A stretch of 64,000 nucleotides of DNA from Tubiluchus corallicola (GCA_030141605.1 JAQGDQ010000093.1:496001-560000); one strand, 5' to 3'. Counted from the first letter of the stretch, positions 10,678-23,429 are shown. Notes: generated by a model not told the origin, from the letters alone. Numbers and translations: made by a program.

Positions 10678-11218
10678 GTACGTACATATGCGGCTCGAAT
10701 TGTATTTTTTCTTACTCGCTCTTGTACCTGTGTGGTGTTGTACAGTAGTACTGCTAGTGCGTTGATGTTTTATAGGCTTGTACCCAATTAGGAATAACCA
10801 GAATCCTAATCTAAGCCAAATCCCAATTTTATAATGATTTTCGAATCCGGATCAAATCTGCACCTCAGTTCGAAATAATTTTCGAATCTATATTAAATCT
10901 GAATCTGAATTTAAAGCATTCTTCGAAATCGAATGGAATTCCAATGTCGATTTTTTTGGTATTTCTTTAAACAGCATCTGATTCGAATGTCTTGGGGTGC
11001 CATTACCTGGGCGACGAGAAACTATTCGAATGGCTTGGGGGGGGGGTGCCGTTACCTGAGCGACAAGAAACCATGTTCATTTAAGCAATGTTGAGCAGCG
11101 TTGTGCTAGAGTAAGACAAGAAATTTTTGCTCAAAACTAGCAGCTAAATTCATGATGTGGTATGTGCTTTTGTGTAGGATTTCATGAGCTGGATATGCTG
11201 AAACTGAATATGACAACA

Positions 11219-11469
11219 TTTACAGTTGCACTGTATTTCAAATGTTGCTTTCGCAAACACGTGCAACACGCTCGTGGAATATTTTTGCTGTTGAAAATTA
11301 TATTAGTTTGTGGTCTCATCAATAGTTGGGCTCGCCCGCCGTTAATTAAGTTTTTAATCTACCATTTAATTATCAGAAACTCATTTGCAGTGTTAATTGT
11401 TTTAAAATGTTTACTTTTTATGGGATGTGAAAAGGGATTGTATAGAAAAATCATCCTGTCTTCCTTTAA
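11219..11469 (+). mobile_element. TTAA family A element, right part only
   Basis: Matches the right half of 41967-42586 and ends CCTGTCTTCCT-TTAA. Confidence 0.75.
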
Positions 11470-11499
11470 GATATGTCTGATGAAAGAGGAGACTTTTTT

Positions 11500-12120
11500 A
11501 TTTTAGTACCACTTACATACTACCTTTTTGCATACAGGGCTTGCATCACCCTCAATGCTGTATAAAACTTGTAAGTTTAAGCTCCCGCGATGACCATTTA
11601 GGTGATAAGTCATTTGAAACAAGTTTAGATAACATTGTGTAAAGTTTGAAAAAATAATCAGAGGATTCTAAGCACACATTACTAAATAAGTAAAATTTTA
11701 AATTACTGTATCTTGTCAATAAGATTAAAAATACGTTTTTTGGTTAATGAGTGGTGCACCCAGGAAGGTGGGTCAACAAGATTTTACCAATAGGTGGAAG
11801 CGTTTTAAATAATTAATAATTTTCTTTTTTTAGTTATATAATCAAGCAAGTAAGCAAAATGCTAAGTAATAAAACTTTGTATAGAAAGTTTTTTGGGACA
11901 TAATTTAATATTTCTTTTTCTTCCCCTGATTTACGCTGTGCGTATATAACGTCATGTAATGGCGCGGGTCTGAACAGTATTGTGGGAAATTTAAAATAAA
12001 AACAAGCGAAAACTCCTTTCAACACGAGTACGATATATGCATAAAATTGCTGTAAAGTAACAATTTTTTAAGGCAATTTTTCTGACACCTACTTCAGATA
12101 TCCCTTTTCTTGTCCTTTAA
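11500..12120 (-). mobile_element. TTAA family B element
   Basis: Reverse complement of 52931-53540. Ends TTTTCTTGTCCT-TTAA. Confidence 0.78.
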
Positions 12121-12160
12121 ACACTTCCTGTTTAATTTTCTGTAAATTCTCCCATTTCAG

Positions 12161-12237
12161 CGAAGAAGAAGAGGAAGTAGATGATTCCGTCGTGGTCGTC
12201 GAAGAAGACGAAGAAGGCGATGAAGAAGAAATTGAAG
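12161..12237 (+). CDS. SET: SET exon 6 (acidic tail)
   Basis: ttcag|(S)EEEEEVDDSVVVVEEDEEGDEEEIE+G|gtaagt, 77 nt. Phases fit both neighbours. Confidence 0.9.
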
Positions 12238-12390
12238 GTAAGTGAATTTTTCGCTTCATGAGCTTAATTGGCTTTTGGAGTAGTTTAAGTTATTCGATTT
12301 TTTTCTTCGATTGTTGTGGCTATATGTCTGAATGATTTATGTGGGTGATGTCACAGATTGCACGAATTTGCAAAAGCGTTACCTTCAGTA

Positions 12391-12947
12391 CAGTAAGACC
12401 TTGCTTAATGACGCTAATGAGTTCCAATGATGTTAAGCTAAACGTAGTTAAACGAAGCCAAAACTTCCATAGAAAGTAATGTAAAAGATTTGAGATACGT
12501 TCCAGAGGCAAAAATCAATACTGCTTAAATAAATCATGTAAGTCTTTGAGTTTTATTCAAAATTTAAGCTTAGTCAGCGGTTGAACAATAAAAACTGCAG
12601 AGTTAAGTCCTGGGATGTCCTTGGGAATTTTACCTCCATATTTAGTCTGGTTGCTACAGCAACAGGTTAAATTGCTCCTTGGACAGTAGTAGCGTCATTA
12701 GTCGGTCACGAAGCAAAATTGTATAATAATTACTGTTTACGTTTATAGTGCATTTTTAGAACAGAATAACGCAATAGATGCTGTTTTAATGCATCAAATT
12801 AGGTAAAAATTTTGTTAATCAAATAAAAATTTGCTTTGAACAAAGTAAAAAATTCGTCGTTAAAGCGAAACATGCGTCGTTTAGTGAAAAAAGCTTTCAA
12901 ATGATCGGCTTTGTTAAAACGAAACGTCGTTAAGCGAGGTCTTACTG
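12391..12947. mobile_element. Tigger/pogo-like non-autonomous element
   Basis: TA flanks. TIR CAGTAAGACCTTGCTTAATGACG versus CAGTAAGACCTCGCTTAACGACG. Termini are related to 7830-8493. Confidence 0.8.
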
Positions 12948-13472
12948 TACTTTGAACGAATTTTTGAAAAGTCAGCACCTTTTTGAAGATCATACTCGCT
13001 AATATTCTGCAGAAATTACTCAGTCAAATTATCAAATAACTGCCCAACACTTCAGAATTTAACAAGTTAGTTTGTTTTTTGTTAATACAGTGGGTGCCTT
13101 TTAAAGGAAGACCTGTAAAAATAGTTTGAGAGTACTAATATGGGAGACAATGACGAAAGTCGTGAAGAAGTTTATAGACTACATTTCATTACAATCGATT
13201 GAAAAACATGGCTAAAGCACTAAAAATATCCGCAAAGGATTAATCGTGATATCGAATTGCTTGAACAATATTATAATAAAATTAGAAAATTTCACATTTG
13301 CCCATCATTATTGTCTGTTCCATATTGGCCTCAGAATAGTCAAGTATTTGATGTTTTTTCTTCTTCCGTCTTACGGCAGCGATTTAATTTGAATTTGAAA
13401 GACGCTTTAAAAACTTCACATTTGCTTTCATGCAAAGTCACGGTAGTTCTCAGCACGTCGTTTTTATTTCAG

Positions 13473-13547
13473 ATGAGGATGTTGAAGAAGAGGAGGTTTA
13501 TGAGGGAGAAGATGCGGAGGAGGAAGGTGAAGGTGAGGAGGGCAAAG
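13473..13547 (+). CDS. SET: SET exon 7 (acidic tail)
   Basis: ttcag|(D)EDVEEEEVYEGEDAEEEGEGEEGK+G|gttagt, 75 nt, phase 1-1. Confidence 0.88.
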
Positions 13548-13601
13548 GTTAGTTCCTCTTACCTTCAGTAGTATAATTTCAGATTTGCTATTTGGTTGCC
13601 G

Positions 13602-14100
13602 TTAAAGTACAAGAAAACCCTCCATTTACATAAAGCTAAGAAAATCGTCTTTAAATTTTTTACCACTTACCTACTGCCTTTTTGCATACAGGGCTTGCAC
13701 CGGCAGTAATGCTGTATAAAATATGTAAATTTAAACTCCCGCGACAACCGCTAGATGCAACCATCTTGACGATAAGTCTTTTGAAATAAGCTTAGATAAC
13801 ATTGTGTAAAATTTGATAAAATAATCAGAGCATTTGTAGTGCACATGTCACTAACTAAGTAAAATTTTAAATGGCTGTATCTTCTCTATAAGATAAAAAA
13901 TACGTTTTTGGTTAGTGAGTGGCGCACCCTGGAGGGTGAGTCAACAACATTTTTGCCAATTGGTGAAAACATTTTAAATAATTAACACTTTTCTTTCCTT
14001 TTAACGCGAGCACGATATATGCATAAAAATGCTGTAAATATAATTTTTTGAGGCGATTTTTCTGAAACCTACCTCAGGTACCCCTTTTCTTTCCCTTTAA
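13602..14100 (-). mobile_element. TTAA family B element, internally deleted, both ends present
   Basis: TTAA-AGTACAAGAAAA...TTTTCTTTCCCT-TTAA. Body is similar to 11500-12120. Confidence 0.8.
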
Positions 14101-14271
14101 GTATGAGCACACTGGACAATTGCCCAGGGTGTCACGATTTTGGGAACACTGTGCTGCCGCACTGTTTTAAAACTTATGAAAGTCTCTTAGTAAGATGACA
14201 AATTACTGGTCAGTTGGTATTTTTGTGCATCTTTGACACATTCTTACCTGTTTTAGCTAATATAGATAGAG

Positions 14272-14585
14272 GCTGAAGCTAAATCAGTTGCTAGTACATC
14301 AACTGACTCACACAGTAAATCAGCTAGCTCGGCTGAAATTGAGTCAGTTGCTACTACGTCAGCCGACTCACACAGTAAATCAGCTAGTTCGGCTGAAGCG
14401 GAAGTCAGTTGCTACTGCATCAGCTGACTCACACAGTAAATCAGCTAGCTCGGCTGAAGCTGAGTCAGTTGCTACTGCATCAGCTGACTCGCACAGTAAA
14501 TCAGCTAGCTCGGCTGAAGCGGAGTCAGTTGCTACTACATCAGCTGACTCACACAGTAAATCAGCTAGCTCGGCTGAAGTTGACT
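14272..14585. repeat. 60-bp minisatellite, about 5.2 copies, in SET intron 7
   Basis: Unit GCTGAAGCTGAGTCAGTTGCTACTGCATCAGCTGACTCACACAGTAAATCAGCTAGCTCG starts at 14272, 14332, 14392, 14453, 14513 and 14573. Confidence 0.95.
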
Positions 14586-15079
14586 GACTTTTCAGCTGAG
14601 TTGACTTAAAGAAAAAATTAACTAAGTCAGCTGAAGATACGACTTTTTTTAGTGATAAATAAATGATAAATTGTTAGTTAACTAAGAATTATAAAGACAA
14701 TTTAAGTTTAGTATCTCTGCCAGCTCACGCACAATCTGACTGCGAATTCGCAATGCGTTTGGCATATTTAAACCAGTGATTTGCAGTTTCACACGATTAT
14801 CGCAAGAGCGAAAATCTTCGCAGCCGGTAATAATGATTTAAAGTCAAAACACGAAAGTAGGCAGCAGATCACTGCCTATAAAAATATTGTGAAGTGCAAG
14901 AGAGATTTTGTAGCCTTTCAATACATTTCCACTGTACAAGATCTGATACTATTTATTTTTAAACTCGTTTTTCCATTACACCTTTCTCATTTATTTCTTA
15001 ATATTTTTTTTAACAATTTTTTGATGCCAGAAGTTGTTGTGTGAAACTCCTCTACATTGATTTTTTTATTTAATTTCAG

Positions 15080-15180
15080 GAGAAGAGGGAGAGGGTGCCG
15101 AAGGAGGTGCTGCCGATGAGCCAGAGGCACTCCCAACTGAACAAGGGGTGCCAAAAGTATCGGAAGAAGCAGGGGAGTAA
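15080..15180 (+). CDS. SET: SET exon 8, terminal coding part
   Basis: ttcag|(G)EEGEGAEGGAADEPEALPTEQGVPKVSEEAGE* with TAA at 15178-15180. Total CDS is 972 nt, 323 aa. Confidence 0.85.
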
Positions 15181-15604
15181 GACACGTGCAGTCGTTGTGC
15201 ATACCATTATGTAAATAGGGGACTTCTTGTATGAAAACAGGGGACATTCGTGACAGTGTGATCTCTTCTTTGAAAATATTCGTTCATTTTTTTCATGGTA
15301 CTTTATTACTCAATACATTGTTGTAAATTTTTCGAAATTTTTGATTTTACAAACCGTTTGCTGTTGTCTGCAGTGCTGTAAATGCCTTGGCGTTTTGGCC
15401 ACGTTTTTGTTTTCAAATGTTGGGAGAGACTCGCATTGTTTGGCAACCTTCAACACATTATGGTCAGCGCTTGTTTGTGAAGTTGCTTAAGAAGTTCTGA
15501 CTTATTTACGGAAGGTCGGGAAAGTGTTTATATTATGTGTACATGCTTAGTAAACCTCTTCAAACAAGCTGTTGTACTTTCTGATTCACTTGGCAGGTTC
15601 TACA

Positions 15605-15610
15605 AATAAA
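15605..15610 (+). terminator. Candidate polyadenylation signal of SET
   Basis: AATAAA about 425 nt after the stop, followed by T/GT-rich sequence. Confidence 0.55.
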
Positions 15611-15964
15611 TGGAAAAAATAAGTTGCTATTTATGCTGAACTGTTTTATTATTTTAAATTGTGATGCTGCTAATAAGATTGCTGTGCTCTTCTAGAGGTC
15701 CTCTTATGTTAATGTGAACTTGCTTAGTGTCACAATTCAATTTGGTGCGCTGCTTATTCTGATTTCAGGCACTTAATCAGTCGTTTATTATTCATGTTAC
15801 TTGTGTGCAGTTCTCAGTATATCCGAAAAATACACGTCTTCTTAAGCACATACCAGTTTATACCTCTGGTAATGTGACACGTAGAAGCTTTCCGTTTGTG
15901 CTGAAGTGTGCAAAATATTACAACAGCTATGAAATTGAAAACGGCCGATACTTTTATTTGTACC

Positions 15965-16260
15965 AAAAAAAGAACATTGGAATCAGAATCAGAAGACTAA
16001 GATGGGTAGGACATTTAACGAGATTGCCAGAAACAACACCAGTAAGTTTAGCATTAAACGAGGCACTGAAACCTGCACTGATATCCAGGCAAAACCAAAA
16101 ATAACCGGGATATCAAGAATTAATAAAGATTTACAACAGCTGAGGCTAAACCTAACAATGGCAATACAGGAATTGAATATTTTAGCTACAGACAGGAAAC
16201 AGTTTGGTGTTCTAATAAAGTATTAAGGCTCAGTGTGTACAATAGTGTCTACAATAGATG
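15965..16260 (+). mobile_element. 5'-truncated RTE-type LINE 3' fragment (a different family from bases 1-1045)
   Basis: IRIRRLRWVGHLTRLPETTPVSLAL, frameshifted. Homologous to 54340-54865. Confidence 0.8.
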
Positions 16261-16267
16261 TTTAGAG

Positions 16268-16664
16268 CAGGGGTGTGCAAACTGCGGCCCGCCGAGAGAT
16301 CTTGTGCGGCCCGCGAACAGGTTTGTCAACGTAATGAAAGTGCGGCCCACGTGATCTAGCTGAAGTCTGCACCAATATCGTAAAGATAGTGCAGGTAGTT
16401 TTCTCTTCTAGATCAGATGGTATTAACCTTTACAAGACCGTTGTCACTTAATGTCACTGTCGGACATGACGAAATATTTGGTTTTTAATATAAATTTTAA
16501 TAATTTCTAAAATAGTTTTTTGAGTGTAGTAGTGCAGTAGTAAGTAATGATGTGCGCAAATCGAATGCAAAAAATCGTTATTAGGTCCTACTGTACTTGG
16601 CTCCTTGACCAAACTGCATACGGCCCACAGGCGCCCGGCTAGTCAGATAATTTGCACACCCCTG
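16268..16664. mobile_element. hAT (Charlie-like) MITE
   Basis: TIR CAGGGGTGTGCAAA, perfect 8-bp TSD GTTTAGAG, and internal TGCGGCCC motifs. Confidence 0.9.
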
Positions 16665-17909
16665 GTTTAGAGCAACAGAAGATGAAGATTCTTTTATTTT
16701 TTCCACTTTCTTTTTGAAGGCAATTTCACATTACTGGGATATATCCCATATGTCATATCGCACTAACCCGTATTGGATAGATATCTCTTAGAGCTGCTCT
16801 CAAAGTATGTAGAATTTTCCAGATGTTGAAGCGTGGCCTTAGCTGCTGTTGTAGACTTGGTAATGTCTTTCCTACAACTTAGCAACTTGTCTTGGTGAGA
16901 TGCAAGGTCGTTCCTTGTATCCAGAAGTCCTTGACGTGTGTGCTGTAGACGCACCAACTAAACATCAAAAACATAGCAAACTGTCCGTCTGGTGTGATAC
17001 TGCTATGCTGGTTACTTGTCAGCACCGCTTCGGAGAGTGTTTTGCGATAGTTTTTGTCTGTGTAACTTATTGCAGTTCTTATAAAGTACACTCTATCTGA
17101 GCTTTGTTGCTTTTCATCAGCCAAGTCCGTTTTTGTTTTCCTTTCTCGGCATATATTCGAATTATGCAGTTTTTTTGGTTAAGTTTGCGCATTTGGTGCA
17201 TTTTCAAAGTTAGGCGGACTTAGGAATTTTTGTTGCCCTTGATTACTGTGCGCTGCGTGATATAAATTGTGTTTCTTGAATTTTGAGTGTTACTTTGTAT
17301 GACTGCGTTACTTGTATATTAATATTAGTAGCATTTTAATTAAAATTGTGTTGTGTATTATCTTGGCAGGAAAAGATAAGTCCAGCTTCTCTGCAATTTT
17401 CTCCACTAGGTGGCACTGGAATTGATGTACAGAATATTGGTCTGCCATCTTTGTTCATAATAACCATAATCTTATTAAGTTATTTATCATATCTGCAGTA
17501 ATTTAGTTCATCAGTATGGCTGTAATGAACCCTATTTTACCCGTTATTTTGTATTTTTGGTTTGATTACGTGACGGTGGGAAATCTTGAAAGTTAACAAT
17601 GTAATAAGCGTTACCCTTATGTGGTTGGGATTTGAAACGGTGAGCATGTTTTGCTTCTCGAAAACTGAAATAAACGTTTGTAATGTCTTTTCGTAATAAA
17701 ATTCTGCATTTTTTGATTTTTTTCAATACCCACTGAAATTAGGATGGAGATCTCTAGTCCAAGGTCGATATGAAAACAGAATTGTTTACAGCTTGGCGTC
17801 CATTGATAACAAACAAATGAACATACAAGTAAACAATGGCAAGTAAACATACAAGTATAACACTTGCGAGAGATACATACCTAAATAAAGCCAGTACTTG
17901 GGGTTTTAA

Positions 17910-18233
17910 GTCGTGTTCAGACTGGAAAGCAAAGCTACTGCAAGTTACTTTCTGACAGCACGTGCTAACACTCCTATATTTTCACAGTTTCGAGAGTAAC
18001 TCACCGAGGCGTTCACACTGCGAGTTACTCTCTGGCAGTTAGCGCGCGCTGACACTCTATTCTCACAGTTTTGAGAGTAACTCACCAAGGTGTTCACACT
18101 AGACAGACAAATCAACAGCAGCAACTGTTGGAGAGTTTGCCATAACTTGCTAACAGTAACTTGCAAAGCTTGCAAGTTAGTTCACACTTGCAAGTTTGCT
18201 GTTAGAGAGAAAACTTGCTAGTCTGAATGCACC
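17910..18233. mobile_element. PIF/Harbinger-like non-autonomous element
   Basis: Termini GTGTTCAGACT...AGTCTGAATGCACC. Same family as 48068-48730 and 56524-56822. Confidence 0.6.
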
Positions 18234-18250
18234 ATTAGGTTATTGATAAG

Positions 18251-18714
18251 TAGTGGTGAGCTTCGAACGTTCGAATCGAATTAGAACATTTGAATTAAAT
18301 TCGAATGAGTTTTTTAGTTCCAATTCTATTCGAACCTAAAATTATAGATTCGAATAATTCAGCACTTTAACCACATACTTTCTTTAGCATTAAAACGCGA
18401 AACTGTATGCAATCGGCACAATTTAACTGTGATTTCTGTACACAATTTTGAAATAAATTATTAGTGATTTTACTGCAGAACAAAATCAAGTAACATGTAT
18501 TTAACTGATACCACTTTTTATCAGTATTTCAAAAATATATCCAAAAATTCTTGAAACTGAAATGGAAATCGAATAATATACATAATCTCTGTAAGATTGC
18601 TTTTTACAGGTGGTTAAAAAATCGTTCGAAAATCTTTCCAACAGAGTTCGAATTTGGAAGTCACAAATTTGATTCGATTCGAATTTGCTTTCTGCTAGAG
18701 AATGCTCAGCCCTA
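18251..18714 (-). mobile_element. hAT-like MITE, family C (TTCGAA-rich)
   Basis: Termini TAGTGGTGAGC / GCTCAGCCCTA. Reverse of 33218-33586. Confidence 0.78.
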
Positions 18715-18914
18715 GTAATAAGTCTTGCCAACTGAAACAACGTGAAACATGCTGTTGGCTTGAAATAACAGATTTTGTAAAAGCAGATAAAGTCTTCTCG
18801 TTTATTTTAACTTCTGCACTGTTGCACCAGAAACGTTTTTTTCATTTGAAGGGTCTTCTGGCCCAAGATTGGCCATTTGTGTCCATCCACGGAGAGTGAG
18901 GTCTTGCGTCATTA

Positions 18915-19221
18915 GCAGTAACTCTTACAATGATAATCAAAGGAACGGAATTAACAGTAACTTTTACAATTATAATCAAAGGAACGGAATTAACAGTAAC
19001 TTACAATTATAATCAAAGGAACGGAATTAACAGTAACTTTTACAATTATAATCAAAGGAACGGAATTAACAGTAACTTTTACAATTATAATCAAAGGAAC
19101 GGAATTAACAGTAACTTTTACAATTATAATCAAAGGAACGGAATTAACAGTAACTTTTACAATTATAATCAAAGGAATGGAATTAACAGTAACTCTTACA
19201 ATTATATTCAAAGGAATGGAG
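18915..19221. repeat. 39-bp minisatellite, about 8 copies
   Basis: Unit AATTATAATCAAAGGAACGGAATTAACAGTAACTTTTAC, near-identical copies. Confidence 0.95.
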
Positions 19222-21640
19222 GCCTGTAATCAGATTGATAACAATCACCCGTGTTTAATGAGAGTGTGAACGGACCTGCAAACTTGGCAAAATCTGCAAT
19301 CCTGGGAACTCAAACAGCAGCCATTGTCCGGCAACGTGTTGGACGCGTGGTTTCTTGGCTGAGTAGTGAAAAGAAGCCACTGATTAGTGAAGGTTTACAC
19401 TAACTGATGACAATGGCAGAGTTAATCAAAATTTGTTTATAAACATCAACGCGAAACAATAGTAAGATCGATAACTTGGTATACTGCAACATAAAACAAT
19501 AGCGAGCGAACAACCCTACAGTCGCTCATCCCTTCATCGACTAGTCCCTAGCAATGATTCACTTTCGTCGTCATTTGCACACCATGATTACTCGGGTGTT
19601 CTCACGCTCCCTTGCAGAACAATGTCACACACATCATCAACACTGCAGACACAATCGACATTGACAACAACAGCAATAGTAATAATAACAGAAACAGTAT
19701 TAACCATCAGTAGCTGTTGCAACAGTGACATCTGTAGCAACAACCACCACCAGCAGCAATAATAACTATACTTCGGTGCAAAAATACAGATCTTTGTACA
19801 GTTATTCCATATAATTTGGTATGGCTGGGGCATGGTCCACATTTGATGTAACAATGGTATACTTAAACACCCTTCTGTTAGTGCATTGTTTCTTTTGGAT
19901 CATATTGTACATGTAATCTCTGCGGAGGTTATTAAGCATCGCTTGGTATACAAAACCAACATTAATTTTCGAAAGTTCAAAGAAATCTGAAGGGATGCTG
20001 CATGGAAGAGTGCTACACTTGCATTCAAATCCGTACTTAATAGCGAATTTGCTAATTGCTCAAATCATGCAAGATTACTCATTTTGCAAATAGCGACAGA
20101 ATCACGATAGTTAAGCTTCTGTAAGCCTTCACACCAGATAGAAAACCGTAATGTACAATTACGATTAAATTGAACTACAAAAGCTGCTCTCTTTGATGGC
20201 ATTTGTGAAACGTAAACAGCTGATGGAACACTTACCCATAATTGATTACAAGTTTTCGAAAGCAAATTTATTTTAAAAACAGGTATCATGAAAAGTTATG
20301 TCACAGCCCGGTTTTGAGCCAGAACCATCTGCTTACCTGGTGGATACATAAGCGCTAGGTTCGTACGGAAGGTCGTCGGTTCAAATACTGGTTTTGGTAT
20401 GTCTTTTTCACGTTTTTGCCTTTCAAATCTTTCTTGAGTTTCCTAAGTTCGGTTTCAATGTGTTTTGATTGGGGGTTCGTACCGTTATTTATAATAATTT
20501 TAATGAAATTAAGATTGCTATTTAATTAATTAGATCAAAAACTATTGGAACCATCATCTTTTGTGGTGTTAGCAAAAAAGACGTATGGTTAGAATACCAA
20601 AGGATTTTAAACATATTGTATATTCATAAAAGATTTGGCCCAGCTTTCTACCAATTGTAAAGTCGCCGCATTGTTGATTTATGTAAAATCATCATTTGTC
20701 ACTTTCTTGAGAATTCGTTAGGAGACCTAAGACATAACTTTTTAAGAAACTAAAAATTACTGAATTACACATATTTTTTTAATATTATAAATCTTCTTAG
20801 TGTACCGAGATAGTCTTTAGATAAATCTCAAATGTTTAGTTGAAAAATGAAAGAAAACTGATTTTAGAAAACGATTTTGAAAACCCTACCCCTTTGTTTG
20901 AGAACGTTTTACCTAAAATAAGTCAGTATTGGCACAAGCGGCCAACACAATATGAAAATGGGGAGTTTTGTGACCACTATTATGTGAACTGTGAAGTATT
21001 TATATTCAACTTAGTATATGAATGCAACACTATAATATAGACAGTATAATATAATACAATGTAATGTAATATAATGTAATGTAATATAATAATAATATAA
21101 CATAATATAACATGGACAACTTTGCTGCTCAACTACTGTAAACACTTTTTTACTCTTGTATATCATACATTGCATGAGGCGCCATCTTTTATAGCCAACA
21201 AAAAGAAAAGCTTTACTATGACTCTATTAATAGAGAAGGCGGGACTGTTGTACATACACTCTAGGCAATGGAGTAAATCAAGTAAGAGAATTTGTGCTCC
21301 ATTGTATGGCCTCCTCTAATCTCATGTTTCGGGTAAAATTAACGATTGTATCATTGATTCAATAAGAGTCGACTTACGTAACAGCGGCTGTTGAGCAGTA
21401 GTTATTGCACCCCCTGACAACTTGCTGTTGTAAAGTTTTAAATCCGATAGTATAGCTAAGTCCCAAACAAGTTGAAGCAAGCGTCTGTAGACTTTAGCCA
21501 TACTGTATTCCGTTGAAAATTCAAGATCAAAATATAAGACTAACTGGGCCTATTTTACAGCCTTCAAAATACTATCGTTTCTGCCCTAATTAGGATGTTG
21601 GCAGAGTCGCTGTCGTTTTACGTTGTTTAGGGCTCAAAAG

Positions 21641-21998
21641 CAGGGCCGAGTTATTCTATAAGTTAGTAAGCTGCAACCTTGGGCCCTTCAAACTTGTGCG
21701 CTCTGAAGATTTGGCGACATTTGGCAAAAAATCTGTTTTTTTCACTACCGTTTCCTTGAGCTAATATGGTGTGCAATAAATAGCAAATTGTGGTATTATT
21801 ATTATTGACAAACAAGAGATAGTTATTCTAGTTCATTTGAAAAATGTGCAACGAGTTTATTTCAAGTTGCGTAAATGTACCTATAATATATCATGAGTAA
21901 AAATATTCAAAGTGGGCGCGCAAGAGTTAAGGGTGGCTCCATCTCACGGGGCTAATTTTATTAGGTTTGAGGGCATAAAGGGTCACCATCCGGCACTA
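21641..21998. mobile_element. hAT (Tip100-like) non-autonomous element
   Basis: CAGGGCCG...CCGGCACT termini. Similar to 29093-29404. Confidence 0.55.
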
Positions 21999-22541
21999 CC
22001 TAAAAGATATGTATTTATGAATTTGAATTTGAATGAAATTTTTATTTCACACTCAAGTTGTATAGGTTGACACATACAATCACGCACAAATTATAAATAC
22101 TATTTACGAACGTACACAAAAAATACTAAAACATCTTTTAACCTGATTTCCTACTATATAAATAAAACAAAAATAATAATCATGTATATAAGATTGATCG
22201 CCATTTAGCACTTATACTTGACGTGTACCTAATATTACTGTTACATAGCTGATTGCAATGGCATTACTACTGTTTATTATCCTTATATATAGCTAAATAC
22301 ACATTTTATTACATACAGGCTAAACACACATTTTCTTCTAATAAAATCAAAATATTTTAAAGTGCAGGATACACATAATTGTCTTGCACTAAAATCGAAT
22401 GGTTTTCCGAAAAATTAACGCAGTAATACATTGTATGCTACCTTTGTTTTTTAATATTATAAAGATTATAGTTTCTCCATGTAGCCGCACAGTAATAGTT
22501 GTTACAGTAGCTGTTTATCAAATATCTTTTTACATCATCAT

Positions 22542-22895
22542 TACGGGTGAGCATTCTCTACCAGAAAGCGAATTCGAATTTTGTGACTTTCGAATTCGAA
22601 CTCTGTTTGAAAGATTTTCGAACATTTTTTTAACCACCTGTAAAAAGCAGTCTTACAGAGATTATGTATATTATTCGATTTTGTTCTGCAGTAATACCAC
22701 TGATAATTTGTTTAAAATTGTGTACAGAAGTCACAGCTAAATTATGCAAATTACAGAATGTTTCAGACGTTTTAATGATAAATAATGTACGCGATTCAAG
22801 CGCTGAATTATTCGAATATATAGTTGTAGGTTCGAATTGAATTCGAACTAAAAAACTCGTTCGATTTCGATTCGAACGTTCAATGCACATCCCTA
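22542..22895 (+). mobile_element. hAT-like MITE, family C
   Basis: TACGGGTGAGCATTCTCTACCAGAAAGCG...CATCCCTA. Confidence 0.75.
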
Positions 22896-23429
22896 GTTAT
22901 GAGTATTCAAAGCGTTTTGTTTCTGTATTGAAAACTGCTAGCCATAGAAGCAAATGCTATTTTTAGGGAGTGAGTAAACCTCCTTGCACAGCCCATTATA
23001 TTCATAGCTATTCCTCTGTAATTACTTGAAGCCAAATCATCAGTATAAGTCTCACAAGCGTTGGGAAGCCTTGGTTGTCACACTATATCCTCACGACGTT
23101 GAGATGCCGGTGGGTTCCTTTTACATTCGTAATGAGCGGCCGTGTCTCTACGCTTTGTTTTAGCGTTTTTGTGTAATTAGAAGAGATGAAGATTTCCCTC
23201 ACGGCTGCGGGAAGCTGTTTGCTTGTGTGATCAACAGAAAAACGTCAAGCCAGCCGCCGATTCAGATGATCATTGGCATTTGATTAAAGAGTATCAGTTC
23301 AGAGGCATTCATTTTAACAGCCACTGCTTTAAATGAAAGAACTTAACGGAAGGAAGGATAGTTAGAATGACTGAAAAATAAAAAATACGAAATAAAATGA
23401 TTAAGTAAAATTATATAAATAAATAATAA

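Noticed and set aside
14272-14585. Palindromic repeats as a CRISPR array (also the arrays at 18915, 30020 and 37473)
   Set aside because: The units have no unique spacers, there are no cas genes, and the context is eukaryotic intronic or intergenic DNA.
3258-15079. Intronic C/D or H/ACA snoRNAs in SET
   Set aside because: I found no convincing RTGATGA...CTGA pair with a terminal stem by eye. An Infernal scan would be needed to exclude them.
16763-17124. Short minus-strand ORFs as a host gene
   Set aside because: They are fragmented across frames with no recognisable domain, and part of the sequence recurs at 30 kb, so a decayed repeat is more likely.
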